Positions 8,008-17,264 of a DNA stretch of 64,000 nt are shown in pieces. The notes under the pieces are model-generated. The model ran no database searches. It was not told where the DNA came from and was given only the letters and a program-made list of their open reading frames with translations. A program made the translations under genes and the position numbers. Each line of letters begins with the position of its first letter. Position 1 is the first letter of the stretch. Origin of the DNA: Lachnospirales bacterium (lineage in GTDB: Bacteria; Bacillota; Clostridia; Lachnospirales; CAMZNU01). The stretch spans positions 5 through 64,004 of the forward strand of contig JBKEBX010000024.1 in NCBI GenBank assembly GCA_047973385.1, in the 5' to 3' direction.

Positions 8008-8168
8008 ATTTGGAAACGTTGCAAAAGAAAAAACAAATTTTCATACTTTCGACAAACCAAGGAAATGGCGACAATATGCTATTTCCTTGGTTTGTATCAA
8101 AAGCCACAAAGCCGTTGTTTTGCTATGAAAATGGATTTTTATATATTTTGCAAGGTCGCCATTTTTTT
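8008..8168 (-). repeat. Dispersed intergenic repeat, copy E3 (reverse orientation, with internal hairpin insertion)
   Basis: The reverse complement reads AAAATGGCGACCTTGCAAAATATATAAAAATCCATTTTCATAGCAAAACAACGGCTTTG...TCGAAAGTATGAAAATTTGTTTTTTCTTTTGCAACGTTTCCAAAT. It contains a perfect 14-bp-stem hairpin, CAAACCAAGGAAAT (8053-8066) / ATTTCCTTGGTTTG (8081-8094). Confidence 0.8.
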
Positions 8169-8169
8169 A

Positions 8170-9420
8170 TTAAAAATCAATTTTCACAAAATTTTTCTTA
8201 CCTCTTTTAAGAAGTATAACACCACTTTCTTGGTCTATATCTTTTTCTGTAACAACATATTTAGGGTCTGTAACTTTCTCGCCATTTATAGAAACCCCAC
8301 CCTGAGTTACATTACGTCTACCTTCTGACTTAGTTGGAGCAAGTCCAGCCATTTCAAGTAAGTCAAGTAAACCTACACCTTCATTTAGTAGATTTTTATC
8401 TATTGTATATGATGGTACCGTATCAAGATTTGTATTGCCACTATAAAGAGATTTGATAGCTTTCATAACATCATCAGCTTCAGCTTCTCCATGTACAAGC
8501 TTTGTAATTTCATAAGCCATAGTTTTTTTAGCTTTTATAATATCTGAACCTATAAGTTCCGAAATTACATCAAGGTCAATTCTTGTGAACAACTTCATTA
8601 GCATCTCAACATCATCATCATTTACATTGTAGAAATATTGATAAAAATCAAATGCAGAAGTTTTATCTTTTTCTACCCATAAAGCTCCACTTTCAGTTTT
8701 GCCCATTTTCTTACCATCATTAGTCATAAGAAGTGGACAAGTTAAACCGAATAAATCACCTTCAATAGCAGTATTTTCCGATACATTATTAAGTTTACGG
8801 TTAAGTGTAACACCTGCAACAAGGTTACCCCATTGGTCAGAACCACCTATTTGTATTTTACAACCATATGTTCTGTTAAGATGTACAAAATCATAGGCTT
8901 GCATAAGCATATAGCTCATTTCAAGGAAAGTAAGCCCACCTTCTTCAAGTCTAGTTGAATAGGCATCTGCCGATAACATCTTGTTAACATTAAAATGGAT
9001 ACCAACCTCACGCATAAAATCGATAAAATTGTAAGGAGTTATCCAATCTGCATTATTTGTGATAATTGCAGGATTATCTCCGTCTGTTTTAACAAACTTC
9101 TTAACAATAGTTTTAACTTCTTCAATGTTTTTAGCCACTTGTTCTTTAGTTAAAACTTTACGCATATCTTTTTTACCACTTGGGTCACCAATAAGAGCAG
9201 TTGCTCCACCTATAACGATAATACCTTTATGTCCATGATCTTGGAGATGTCTAAACATCATAAGAGCAAAAAAGTGTCCAATATGGAGGCTATCAGCCGT
9301 AGGATCTATACCAAGATAGTAAGTTGTCGGCTCCCCATTTAAAATATCTTTAATTCTATCAATGTCTGTTGATTGATAAATATAGCCTCTGTCCTTTAAA
9401 GTATCAAATAAGTTACTCAT
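8170..9420 (-). CDS. tyrS: Tyrosyl-tRNA synthetase
   Basis: 416 aa. HIGH motif (LHIGHF), KMSKS-type KMGKT, and a C-terminal S4 domain. Confidence 0.97.
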   Translation of the reverse strand: MSNLFDTLKDRGYIYQSTDIDRIKDILNGEPTTYYLGIDPTADSLHIGHFFALMMFRHLQDHGHKGIIVIGGATALIGDPSGKKDMRKVLTKEQVAKNIEEVKTIVKKFVKTDGDNPAIITNNADWITPYNFIDFMREVGIHFNVNKMLSADAYSTRLEEGGLTFLEMSYMLMQAYDFVHLNRTYGCKIQIGGSDQWGNLVAGVTLNRKLNNVSENTAIEGDLFGLTCPLLMTNDGKKMGKTESGALWVEKDKTSAFDFYQYFYNVNDDDVEMLMKLFTRIDLDVISELIGSDIIKAKKTMAYEITKLVHGEAEADDVMKAIKSLYSGNTNLDTVPSYTIDKNLLNEGVGLLDLLEMAGLAPTKSEGRRNVTQGGVSINGEKVTDPKYVVTEKDIDQESGVILLKRGKKNFVKIDF

Positions 9421-9609
9421 AACATTCTACCTCTTTCATTCAAGTTATTTTAGTATGATAAACATACAGTACTAATTATAATACATATTCTCGTTTTTTT
9501 CAAGTTTTTATAAAAAGTTCTTATAAATAAATTGTAACTTTAGGTAATTTATGCTATAATGTATTTACTCAATAACAAATACACTTAAAAAAAATATGGA
9601 GGATTGATT

Positions 9610-10020
9610 ATGTCAATTATAGAAAATGTTATTAGAATAAATGATAATAATACTCTAAGTTTTGGTAACTACATTGTTAAAGAAAAGCAAAAAGTTTCTG
9701 ATTTTAAATTTGATAATGATTTATACAAATGTAAAACTCATAACGAAGTTACAAGAGTTGAAAAAAATGATTATTTAATTTTTGAATCTGTACCAGGTTC
9801 AACTGTACATAACTTTATGGCAAATGAAGATGAACTTACTTTTTCAATTGAAGGTCATGGCGATACAAAAGTTACAGTAGAATTAGTAGAAAACGAAAAA
9901 TACAATATTACAATAGACGGCGAAAACTTAGGTGTTGAAAAAACAAACTTATCTGGAAAACTTTCTTTTTCATGCGATCTGTTAAATACACCAATAGATA
10001 TAGTTATCACAAAAAAATAA
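9610..10020 (+). CDS. Hypothetical protein (beta-rich, no recognised family)
   Basis: The ORF track starts at TTG 9604. ATG at 9610 lies 6 nt after GGAGGA and is the likelier start. Confidence 0.5.
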   Translation: MSIIENVIRINDNNTLSFGNYIVKEKQKVSDFKFDNDLYKCKTHNEVTRVEKNDYLIFESVPGSTVHNFMANEDELTFSIEGHGDTKVTVELVENEKYNITIDGENLGVEKTNLSGKLSFSCDLLNTPIDIVITKK

Positions 10021-10060
10021 GTTTAAAACTAACTAGCTACATTGCAAAGTATAGAAAAAA

Positions 10061-10105
10061 GTGGGTGTAAGAAACCTCACATAATGTGAGGTTTCTTACA
10101 CCCAC
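10061..10105. terminator. Bidirectional terminator hairpin between convergent genes
   Basis: Perfect 21-bp stem GTGGGTGTAAGAAACCTCACA-TAA-TGTGAGGTTTCTTACACCCAC, with an A-run before and a T-run after. Confidence 0.85.
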
Positions 10106-10132
10106 TGCTTTTATAATTTTAATTATAATATA

Positions 10133-10336
10133 TTACTTACTTGCTAAATATTCATTAATTTTAGAAATTAAATCATCTACGTTTTGTCCATGAACAAAAC
10201 CTGCTTCTTCAAGAGTTTCAGCTTGAGCAGAAGGGCAACCAACACAATGCATCCCTGCTTCCATTAAAAATCTTGCTATTTCTCTATCCACAGTTAAAAT
10301 TTCTGATATAGTCATATCTTTAGTTACTTCAGCCAT
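10133..10336 (-). CDS. DUF1858 / hybrid-cluster-protein-associated redox disulfide domain protein
   Basis: 67 aa. MTISEIL...[23 protein letters not shown] is the typical DUF1858 CxxC motif. Confidence 0.8.
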   Translation of the reverse strand: MAEVTKDMTISEILTVDREIARFLMEAGMHCVGCPSAQAETLEEAGFVHGQNVDDLISKINEYLASK

Positions 10337-10471
10337 TATTATTCCTCCATAATATTTAAGTTTTTATATAGTTACATAAAATTGATTTTATATTCAACAA
10401 AACCAACTAACATTGTTATTTTAACGCACAATTTCAAAAAAGTCAAGTAATTTACTATGAATTAGATAATT

Positions 10472-11170
10472 TTACTCATTTACTAATAATTTAAAGTTCG
10501 GTAAATATCTAAACAAAGGTTTTGCAACAACATAATCTTCTGGAACATAAGTATTATCCCAAAATCTGCTATCAATAGAATATTCTCTGTTATCTCCTAA
10601 AACAAAGTAATGGTCTTCAGGTACATTATATGGTCCAAAATCTCTTGTATCATTACCTTTAACATATCCTTCTTTAGCTAGACATTTATCATTTATATAA
10701 ACCTCACCATCAATAAGCTCAACAGTTTCACCAGGCATACCTATAACACGCTTTACATAAAGCTTACTAGGGTTATCTGGGAATTTGAAAACAATAATAT
10801 CAAATCGTTCAGGCTCCGAAAAAGTATATGCAAGCCTATTTGCAATAATTCTATCGCCTGTCATTATAGTATTTTCCATAGAGCTTGTGGGAATATCTGC
10901 ATTTACAATGATAAAACTATTAATAAAAAGTGCCACAATCACACAAAAAACAATAGTCTTTATCCAACTTATCACTTCATCTTTAAGTGGTTTTTTAGGC
11001 TCTTTTTCTTCATCTTCAGCTATTTCATCATCACTTTTATATCCATTATTAATTTTCATAATATATTCTTCTTTTAGTTTATTATAATCAACAGTATCTT
11101 TATCTTTATCTATTTCATTATATTCATTATCTATATTAACATTATTACCAATGTAATTTTCTTTATTCAT
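10472..11170 (-). CDS. lepB: Signal peptidase I
   Basis: 232 aa. TM anchor, then SSMENT (catalytic Ser box), VKRVIGMPGE and GDNREYSIDSRFW. Confidence 0.9.
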   Translation of the reverse strand: MNKENYIGNNVNIDNEYNEIDKDKDTVDYNKLKEEYIMKINNGYKSDDEIAEDEEKEPKKPLKDEVISWIKTIVFCVIVALFINSFIIVNADIPTSSMENTIMTGDRIIANRLAYTFSEPERFDIIVFKFPDNPSKLYVKRVIGMPGETVELIDGEVYINDKCLAKEGYVKGNDTRDFGPYNVPEDHYFVLGDNREYSIDSRFWDNTYVPEDYVVAKPLFRYLPNFKLLVNE

Positions 11171-11421
11171 CTATAAAACTTCCTCTCTAAATAATGCAAG
11201 TTTTAGGAAGATTCTTAAAATACTAATCAGAAATTTGAAAAGCATATTTTAATATTAAGTTTTTCTAATACACAATTTAAAAATAATTTCAAATCCGAAA
11301 AATGTTTTGAAACTTCAATTTCTCTATATATCTATATAAATATAGAGAACTCACAATCATACAAGCTATAAACATAGCTATCTATCTAATATATCTAATC
11401 TATCTATTTTATCTATTCAAT

Positions 11422-12012
11422 CTATCTATATATATCTGCATCATAAGTTTCTGTTAACTGATCTTCTTTTTTAGAATAAACATAAAAAGGTTTTGCAACT
11501 ATGTTCTCTCTAGGAACATATGTATTATCCCAAAATCTACTATCATAGGAGTATACCCTATGGTCACCTAAAACAAAATAATGTCCTTCTGGCACATTAT
11601 ACACACCAAAAGTCTTTGTAGGTACACCTTTTATATAATCTTCAACTAATAATTCATCATTTATATATACTTTTCCACTATCTATTTCAACTTTATCTCC
11701 AGGTAATCCAATTACACGTTTTACAAAAAGCGTACTTTCATCATCAGGAAACTTAAAAACAATTATATCCAATCTTTTTGGCTCATCAAAAGTATATGCA
11801 AACTTACTTGCAAAAATTCTATCATCAGTATTTATTGTGTTTTCCATTGAACCTGAAACAACAATTGCGTTTAAAAAAAATACAGTATTAATAAAATAAG
11901 ATATAACAAAACAAATTGTAATAATAAATATCCAATTTAACATTCTTTTCAAATGATTTTTATTATTTTTATTTTCTACATTTATAATTTTGTACTTTTT
12001 TTCACCATACAA
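11422..12012 (-). CDS. lepB: Signal peptidase I (second paralogue)
   Basis: 196 aa. SGSMENT, VKRVIGLPGD and GDHRVYSYDSRFW. Confidence 0.9.
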   Translation of the reverse strand: MYGEKKYKIINVENKNNKNHLKRMLNWIFIITICFVISYFINTVFFLNAIVVSGSMENTINTDDRIFASKFAYTFDEPKRLDIIVFKFPDDESTLFVKRVIGLPGDKVEIDSGKVYINDELLVEDYIKGVPTKTFGVYNVPEGHYFVLGDHRVYSYDSRFWDNTYVPRENIVAKPFYVYSKKEDQLTETYDADIYR

Positions 12013-12750
12013 GGATACCCCTCCAATAAACCATATACTTATAGTATATCATAAATATCGTATTTTTCAACAGTTATGTTGAAAAAAAATAAATAATTTA
12101 TAGTTTTCAACAAAAAAAAACCATGCGAACATAAAAAACACCTATTTTCTTGAATTTCTATTGTTGATAATTTTATAACTTTATCTATTTTACCTGTGGA
12201 TATGTGTATAACTTTGTTAATAACTTAATATTTCAAATTAAGTCCTTACTTTAAGCTATTTGTTATATTTAAGAATTTATATAAATCCCCAAAATAATGT
12301 TAATAACTTTTTACGAAAATATTACAAATGTTTGTCATAAAATTAATATCTAAACTTATTTTCGGTAAAAATCTAATTGATATTGTAAAAATACTATATT
12401 TTTAACGATTTCTTATAATATTGCAACTATTTTTGAAAAAATTTCATTTTTTTTAGCTGAAATTTACCATTCATAAAAGCTTTTGAATGTCAATAACAAA
12501 AAAAAGAAAAGTTATTAACATACCTTTTCTTTTTTAACACAAATATGCCACATTTTCCTGTTAGTAACTATATTAAAATTACTAATATCTTTGTGGATAT
12601 GTTTATAACTTTGTGTATAACTTTCATATTTCATTTTTATATTATAAAAATCTTGTAAAATAGCCCTTAAAAAACTAATTTTTTATTGTTTAATTTCTTA
12701 ATTCATAAAAATTGTTTTAAAAATCTGTTGATAAGTTTTTAATAATTTTT
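12013..12750. promoter_or_regulatory. 738-bp non-coding region with a cluster of DnaA-box-like 9-mers (candidate DnaA-box cluster outside oriC)
   Basis: Matches to TGTGGATAA (rc of TTATCCACA): 12162 TGTTGATAA, 12195 TGTGGATAT, 12203 TGTGTATAA, 12215 TGTTAATAA, 12298 TGTTAATAA, 12488 TGTCAATAA, 12512 TTATTAACA, 12592 TGTGGATAT, 12600 TGTTTATAA, 12612 TGTGTATAA, 12726 TGTTGATAA. Two 32-bp direct repeats (12195-12226 and 12592-12623, 29/32 identical) each carry three abutting boxes. No ORF is present in the track. Confidence 0.5.
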
Positions 12751-13851
12751 TTATTCTAGGTTTATATTTTTAGATGTTACATTATATGCTTTAAAATATC
12801 CCTTTGCAATAATTACACCTACACTAAAACCAATTATATGAGATAAATTACTTACATGTGGGAAGAAAAAACCAATTGATATAAGCATAAGAATACCTGC
12901 TAAAAACAAGTGTAACCCAAAATTTTCAACTTCTTTGTTTACATATAACAAAAGTATTAGCATAGCTCCTGCAAGACCACAAACGCCTGTTGTAGCACCA
13001 ATTGAAACTTTGTCGAGTATCAATAGCGTACTTATATTACCTATAAAAGAACTAAATATAAAGATTATAATAAAAGGCAGTTTACCCATATATCTTTCTA
13101 TTCTTACACCGAAAATAAATAACCATATAATTGTTGTAAAGAAATGTATAAAATCATCATACATTACCATAGGAAACAAGTTAAATAAAGAAAAATATCC
13201 TGTTGTTTCTGTAAAACTACTTTTATATGGCATAAAAAACACATATGCTATAAACAAAAATGCCCCAATTATAAAAGTTACAACTGCATCTTTTGAAACC
13301 ATTTTAAGCTTGGATTTTCTCCTTGCATTTTCTATTAACAAACTTATAGAAACTGGATTTTCTTCTATATAAGTCATATCTTTAATACTCTCAGTAACAA
13401 CTTCATTTAAGTTTAAAATTTTTGATGGTTGTTTATCTCCAATATAAAGCTTAGATATTTGATTTATCTCATCTATATGAACATTCCAATAAAAGTTATT
13501 AACAAAACTATTTGAACTAACTTCTTTACTTATTAAATCTTCTGCACTATTTTTTACATCTAAATCATCTGTTACAAAAATATTTAAAATTATAGTTTGT
13601 TTAAACTTTAAAACCATATGTCCAACATTAACTTGTTTACTTATTTGAGAAGTTACAAGTAAACTATAATCTATACTATTTTTTATATTATTATGAATAA
13701 TAACAATAAACAAATTTGGTCCATATGCTTTTTCTAACATAACAAAATCTGTTTCATTACTAATCATACTATTATCTTGTCCATTATTTAAACTTTTATA
13801 ACCTGTATCTATTAACTTTTCATATACATTTTTAATAAAATTTAAAAACAT
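12751..13851 (-). CDS. Rhomboid-family membrane protein with N-terminal cytoplasmic domain; catalytic Ser position reads Thr
   Basis: 366 aa. The C-terminal 6-TM core has HFFTTIIWLFIFGVRIERYMG (TM2 H...G..E..G), SIGATTGVCGLAGA (the place of GASGAIFG) and SHIIGFSVG (TM6 His). Confidence 0.75.
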   Translation of the reverse strand: MFLNFIKNVYEKLIDTGYKSLNNGQDNSMISNETDFVMLEKAYGPNLFIVIIHNNIKNSIDYSLLVTSQISKQVNVGHMVLKFKQTIILNIFVTDDLDVKNSAEDLISKEVSSNSFVNNFYWNVHIDEINQISKLYIGDKQPSKILNLNEVVTESIKDMTYIEENPVSISLLIENARRKSKLKMVSKDAVVTFIIGAFLFIAYVFFMPYKSSFTETTGYFSLFNLFPMVMYDDFIHFFTTIIWLFIFGVRIERYMGKLPFIIIFIFSSFIGNISTLLILDKVSIGATTGVCGLAGAMLILLLYVNKEVENFGLHLFLAGILMLISIGFFFPHVSNLSHIIGFSVGVIIAKGYFKAYNVTSKNINLE

Positions 13852-14094
13852 TAAATTCTCCTTTTTCTTGTATTTTGTATGTATTTTTATATAGTTTTAT
13901 TTACTTTTCTTTACACATTAAAAACATTTTCACTCTTTTTCAACACACCATATAATATATTATACATCTTTATTTAAAAAATATAAAGTAAATTTTTCTT
14001 TATTTTTATGTCAAAATATATTACAATATGTATATAGGGGTATTTTAAAAGTATATTTATAAACACTTAGTTTAAATATTAAAGGAGATATATT

Positions 14095-15450
14095 ATGAAA
14101 AAAATAATGTCAATAATACTTGCAGCTGGTACTGGTACGAGAATGAACTCTAAAAATCATAAGGTTTTACACAAAATCTTAGACAAAACTTTAATACAAT
14201 ATGTTGTAGAGGCAACAAAGGAAGTTCAATCAGAAAAAGATTGCGTAATTGTTGGTTATATGGCTGACGAAGTAAAATCAAATCTTGAAAAGTATGAAGC
14301 TTTGGAGTTTCCTGTTCAAAGTGAACAAAAAGGTACAGGTCATGCAGTTCTTATGGCAAAAAACTTTATTGATGAAAATTCCGATGTTATAATTTTATGT
14401 GGTGATACACCTCTTTTAAAATCATCAATGCTTAAAAAATTAGTAGAATCTCATCAAAACAATAATAACGATATTACTCTTGCTACTTGTAACCTTGATG
14501 ACCCATCAGGATATGGCAGAATAAACAAAGAAAATGGTAAAATAACTAAAATTGTTGAGCATAAAGATTGTGATGAAAATCAACTTAAAATTACTGAGAT
14601 AAATACTGGTGTTTATATTTTTAAAGGAGATGTTTTATTATCTTTACTTGGTAAAATAAAAAACGATAATGTTAAAGGTGAATACTATCTTACAGATACT
14701 ATCGAAATTGCTTTATCAGAAAACAAAACTGTTGAAAGTATTGTTTTTGATAACCCTGAACAATTTAATGGTATAAATACTAAGTTGCAACTCCACGATG
14801 CTGCTAAACTTATGCGTGAGCGAATTAATAAACAACATATGGAAAATGGTGTTGTTATAGTTGATTCAAACACAACTTATATTAGTAAAGATGTAAAAAT
14901 AGAAAAAGATACGGTTATATATCAAAATTGCCAAATCTTTGGTTCTACAACAATTGGTGAAGATTGCGAAATAGGCCCAAATACAAATATAAATACTATG
15001 AAAATCGGTAATGGTGTTTCTATTTTAAATTCTACTACTAACCAAAGTTCCATTGATGATAACACAACTGTTGGACCATACGCTTATGTAAGACCTAATT
15101 CTGAAATAGGGAAAAACGTTAAAATTGGTGACTTTGTTGAAGTTAAAAAAGCCAAAATTGGTAACAACACTAAAGCTTCCCATTTAACTTATATAGGCGA
15201 TTCAGTAGTTGGTGAAAATGTAAACTTTGGCTGTGGTACTATAACTGTTAACTATGACGGAAAAAACAAATTCCTTACAACTGTTGAAGACAATGTTTTC
15301 ATTGGTAGTAATGTTAACCTTATTGCACCTGTTACTATTGAAAAAAATTCTAAAGTCGCAGCAGGTACAACAGTTACTAAAAAAGTACCATCAAACGCAC
15401 TTGCTATCGGTCGTGTAAAACAAGATAACAAAGAAAACTATGTGAGATAG
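14095..15450 (+). CDS. glmU: Bifunctional GlcNAc-1-P uridyltransferase / GlcN-1-P acetyltransferase
   Basis: 451 aa. LAAGTGTRM, a GDTPLL-like motif and C-terminal hexapeptide repeats. Confidence 0.97.
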   Translation: MKKIMSIILAAGTGTRMNSKNHKVLHKILDKTLIQYVVEATKEVQSEKDCVIVGYMADEVKSNLEKYEALEFPVQSEQKGTGHAVLMAKNFIDENSDVIILCGDTPLLKSSMLKKLVESHQNNNNDITLATCNLDDPSGYGRINKENGKITKIVEHKDCDENQLKITEINTGVYIFKGDVLLSLLGKIKNDNVKGEYYLTDTIEIALSENKTVESIVFDNPEQFNGINTKLQLHDAAKLMRERINKQHMENGVVIVDSNTTYISKDVKIEKDTVIYQNCQIFGSTTIGEDCEIGPNTNINTMKIGNGVSILNSTTNQSSIDDNTTVGPYAYVRPNSEIGKNVKIGDFVEVKKAKIGNNTKASHLTYIGDSVVGENVNFGCGTITVNYDGKNKFLTTVEDNVFIGSNVNLIAPVTIEKNSKVAAGTTVTKKVPSNALAIGRVKQDNKENYVR

Positions 15451-15459
15451 GAGAATTTT

Positions 15460-15852
15460 ATGGATTGTATTTTTTGTAAAATAATAAGTGGTGAATTCAG
15501 TAGCCATAAAGTATATGAAGATGAAGTTTGTATTGGTTTTTTAGACATTAACCCTCTAAATAATGGTCATGTTTTAGTTTTGCCTAAAAAACACTTTATT
15601 GGGATTTTTGATATTGATGAGGAAACTTTAAATCATATTATGAAAGTTGTAAAAACTCTTTCTGCTAAAGTTCAAAAAGCAGTAAATTCTGATGGTATAA
15701 CTATCGTTCAAAACAACGGATTACTTCAAGAGGTTAAACATTTGCATTTTCATATTATACCTACTTTTGAAAATTCCCATGGTATATCATTTAGCAAACT
15801 CGAAAATCCTGAAAATTTTGAAAAAATAGCTAATAAAATTAAATCTTTATAA
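15460..15852 (+). CDS. HIT-family (histidine triad) protein
   Basis: 130 aa. CIFCKI... and the HLHFHIIP histidine triad. Confidence 0.9.
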   Translation: MDCIFCKIISGEFSSHKVYEDEVCIGFLDINPLNNGHVLVLPKKHFIGIFDIDEETLNHIMKVVKTLSAKVQKAVNSDGITIVQNNGLLQEVKHLHFHIIPTFENSHGISFSKLENPENFEKIANKIKSL

Positions 15853-15857
15853 AATCA

Positions 15858-15912
15858 AAGGGACTTTAAAGCCAATCTCTAAGATGAGATTTTTAAAGTC
15901 CCTTTATTTTTT
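15858..15912 (+). terminator. Rho-independent terminator
   Basis: AAAGGGACTTTAAA ... TTTAAAGTCCCTTT stem followed by ATTTTTT. Confidence 0.8.
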
Positions 15913-16021
15913 AATATAAGTCATTTTGACTAAAAAAAACTAATCTATTTGTTATATATAGTAGTTAACAAGCCTCATATTTAATGCACTTACAATATTT
16001 CAAAATTTTTTTATATTTATG

Positions 16022-16050
16022 TTGACAAATAAGTTCTTATAAGGTATACT
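16022..16050 (+). promoter_or_regulatory. Sigma-A-type promoter for tRNA-Ser
   Basis: TTGACA (16022-16027), 17-nt spacer, TATACT (16045-16050). Confidence 0.55.
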
Positions 16051-16065
16051 ATACTAGTAGCTTAT

Positions 16066-16153
16066 GGAGAAGTACTCAAGTGGCTGAAGAGGTGCCCCTG
16101 CTAAGGGTATAGGTCGTTTACGCGGCGCGAGGGTTCAAATCCCTCTTTCTCCG
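16066..16153 (+). tRNA. tRNA-Ser (anticodon GCT)
   Basis: GGAGAAGTACTCAAGTGGCTGAAGAGGTGCCCCTGCTAAGGGTATAGGTCGTTTACGCGGCGCGAGGGTTCAAATCCCTCTTTCTCCG. Long variable arm, CTGCTAA anticodon loop. Confidence 0.95.
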
Positions 16154-16162
16154 TAAAAAAAA

Positions 16163-16190
16163 AGTCTAGTTTAACTAGACTTTTTTTATT
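16163..16190 (+). terminator. Rho-independent terminator after tRNA-Ser
   Basis: AGTCTAGTT-TA-AACTAGACT hairpin followed by TTTTTTT. Confidence 0.75.
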
Positions 16191-16204
16191 GCCAAAAATA
16201 TTCA

Positions 16205-17206
16205 TTAAACTATATAATCATCAACAAAATTCCAAATATTTTCCCAATATTTATATTTCAAAGTTGCCCATGATTTTCCATGACCAGCACCTTCAACGAT
16301 AATTAAATCTTTTGGTGCATCTAAAGCCTCATATACCTTATATACCATTTCATAAGGTACAAAAGTGTCATCAGTTCCATGAATAAATAGGGTAGGTGTT
16401 TTTGATTTCCTCACTTGGCTAACTGCATTTGCTTCTTCAAGAGAAAATCCTGCTTTAACTTTTGATACAAGTGATGCTGCGTGTAATACAGGGAAAGATG
16501 GCAATCCGTATGTAGCTTTTAACTGATATGCAAACTCTTCCCATGTACTACTATATCCACAATCTTCAACAATTACTTTAACATTTTCAGGTAAATCTTC
16601 ACCCGAAACCATCATAACCGTTGCTCCACCCATAGAAACACCATATAACATGATTTGTACATCGCTACCTTTTGCTTCAATAATTTTGTTAATCCAATCA
16701 ACTATATCAAGTCTATCATGCCAACCCATACCAATATAGTCCCCTTCACTTTGTCCATGGGCTCTAGCACTTGGCAAAAGCACATTAAAACCTTTATCGT
16801 GGAACTTTTTGGCATATCTTAACATACCCTTTCCACTTTCATAATATCCATGACAAAGGATAACCCACTTATTGCTATTTTCTTTTACAATTTCTTCTCC
16901 ATGTAAAAAAAGATTGTCATGGCTATAAATACCTCTATCGTTAATTTCAACGTTTTCAAGCCAATTTTGATATTTTTTTTCTTTTTCCTCTTTTTCTTTT
17001 AGTTCACTATCACTTTCAATACCTTTTTCATCGCTTTCCATTTTATTGTGGTCAGCATTAAAAACTTTACTCTTGTCTGTTTTTGGATCAAGAGCAAATT
17101 TATAAAAGTAAACACCAATACAAATAAATATAGCAATGGGAATAAAAACAATAGCGAGTAAAATTAAAAGATTTTTACATTTTTTACACATAGTTTCTCC
17201 TTTCAA
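16205..17206 (-). CDS. Membrane-anchored alpha/beta-fold hydrolase
   Basis: 333 aa. N-terminal TM helix, GVSMGG nucleophile elbow (GxSxG), and downstream D and H (FIHGTDD..., GAGHG). Confidence 0.8.
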   Translation of the reverse strand: MKGETMCKKCKNLLILLAIVFIPIAIFICIGVYFYKFALDPKTDKSKVFNADHNKMESDEKGIESDSELKEKEEKEKKYQNWLENVEINDRGIYSHDNLFLHGEEIVKENSNKWVILCHGYYESGKGMLRYAKKFHDKGFNVLLPSARAHGQSEGDYIGMGWHDRLDIVDWINKIIEAKGSDVQIMLYGVSMGGATVMMVSGEDLPENVKVIVEDCGYSSTWEEFAYQLKATYGLPSFPVLHAASLVSKVKAGFSLEEANAVSQVRKSKTPTLFIHGTDDTFVPYEMVYKVYEALDAPKDLIIVEGAGHGKSWATLKYKYWENIWNFVDDYIV

Positions 17207-17264
17207 AATACAATTTTCTTAAAAATATTATAATCTTTATCTCTTTAATAGTCAAGTGTCTTTA

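Noticed and set aside
9421-9609. Looked for T-box leaders upstream of tyrS (9421-9609), trpS (18437-18481) and asnA (47730-47955).
   Set aside because: No T-box consensus (…GGTGGTACCGCG-type) or specifier-loop architecture is visible. The trpS spacer is only 45 bp. Absence is noted but not treated as a finding.
11366-11430. ATCTA-rich low-complexity tract (about 9 ATCTA in about 50 bp) just downstream of the second lepB gene, plus a 10-bp-stem palindrome TTCTCTATAT...ATATAGAGAA at 11318-11347.
   Set aside because: It may be a simple slippage-type microsatellite or a weak terminator. It has no periodicity or partner motif that I can interpret.
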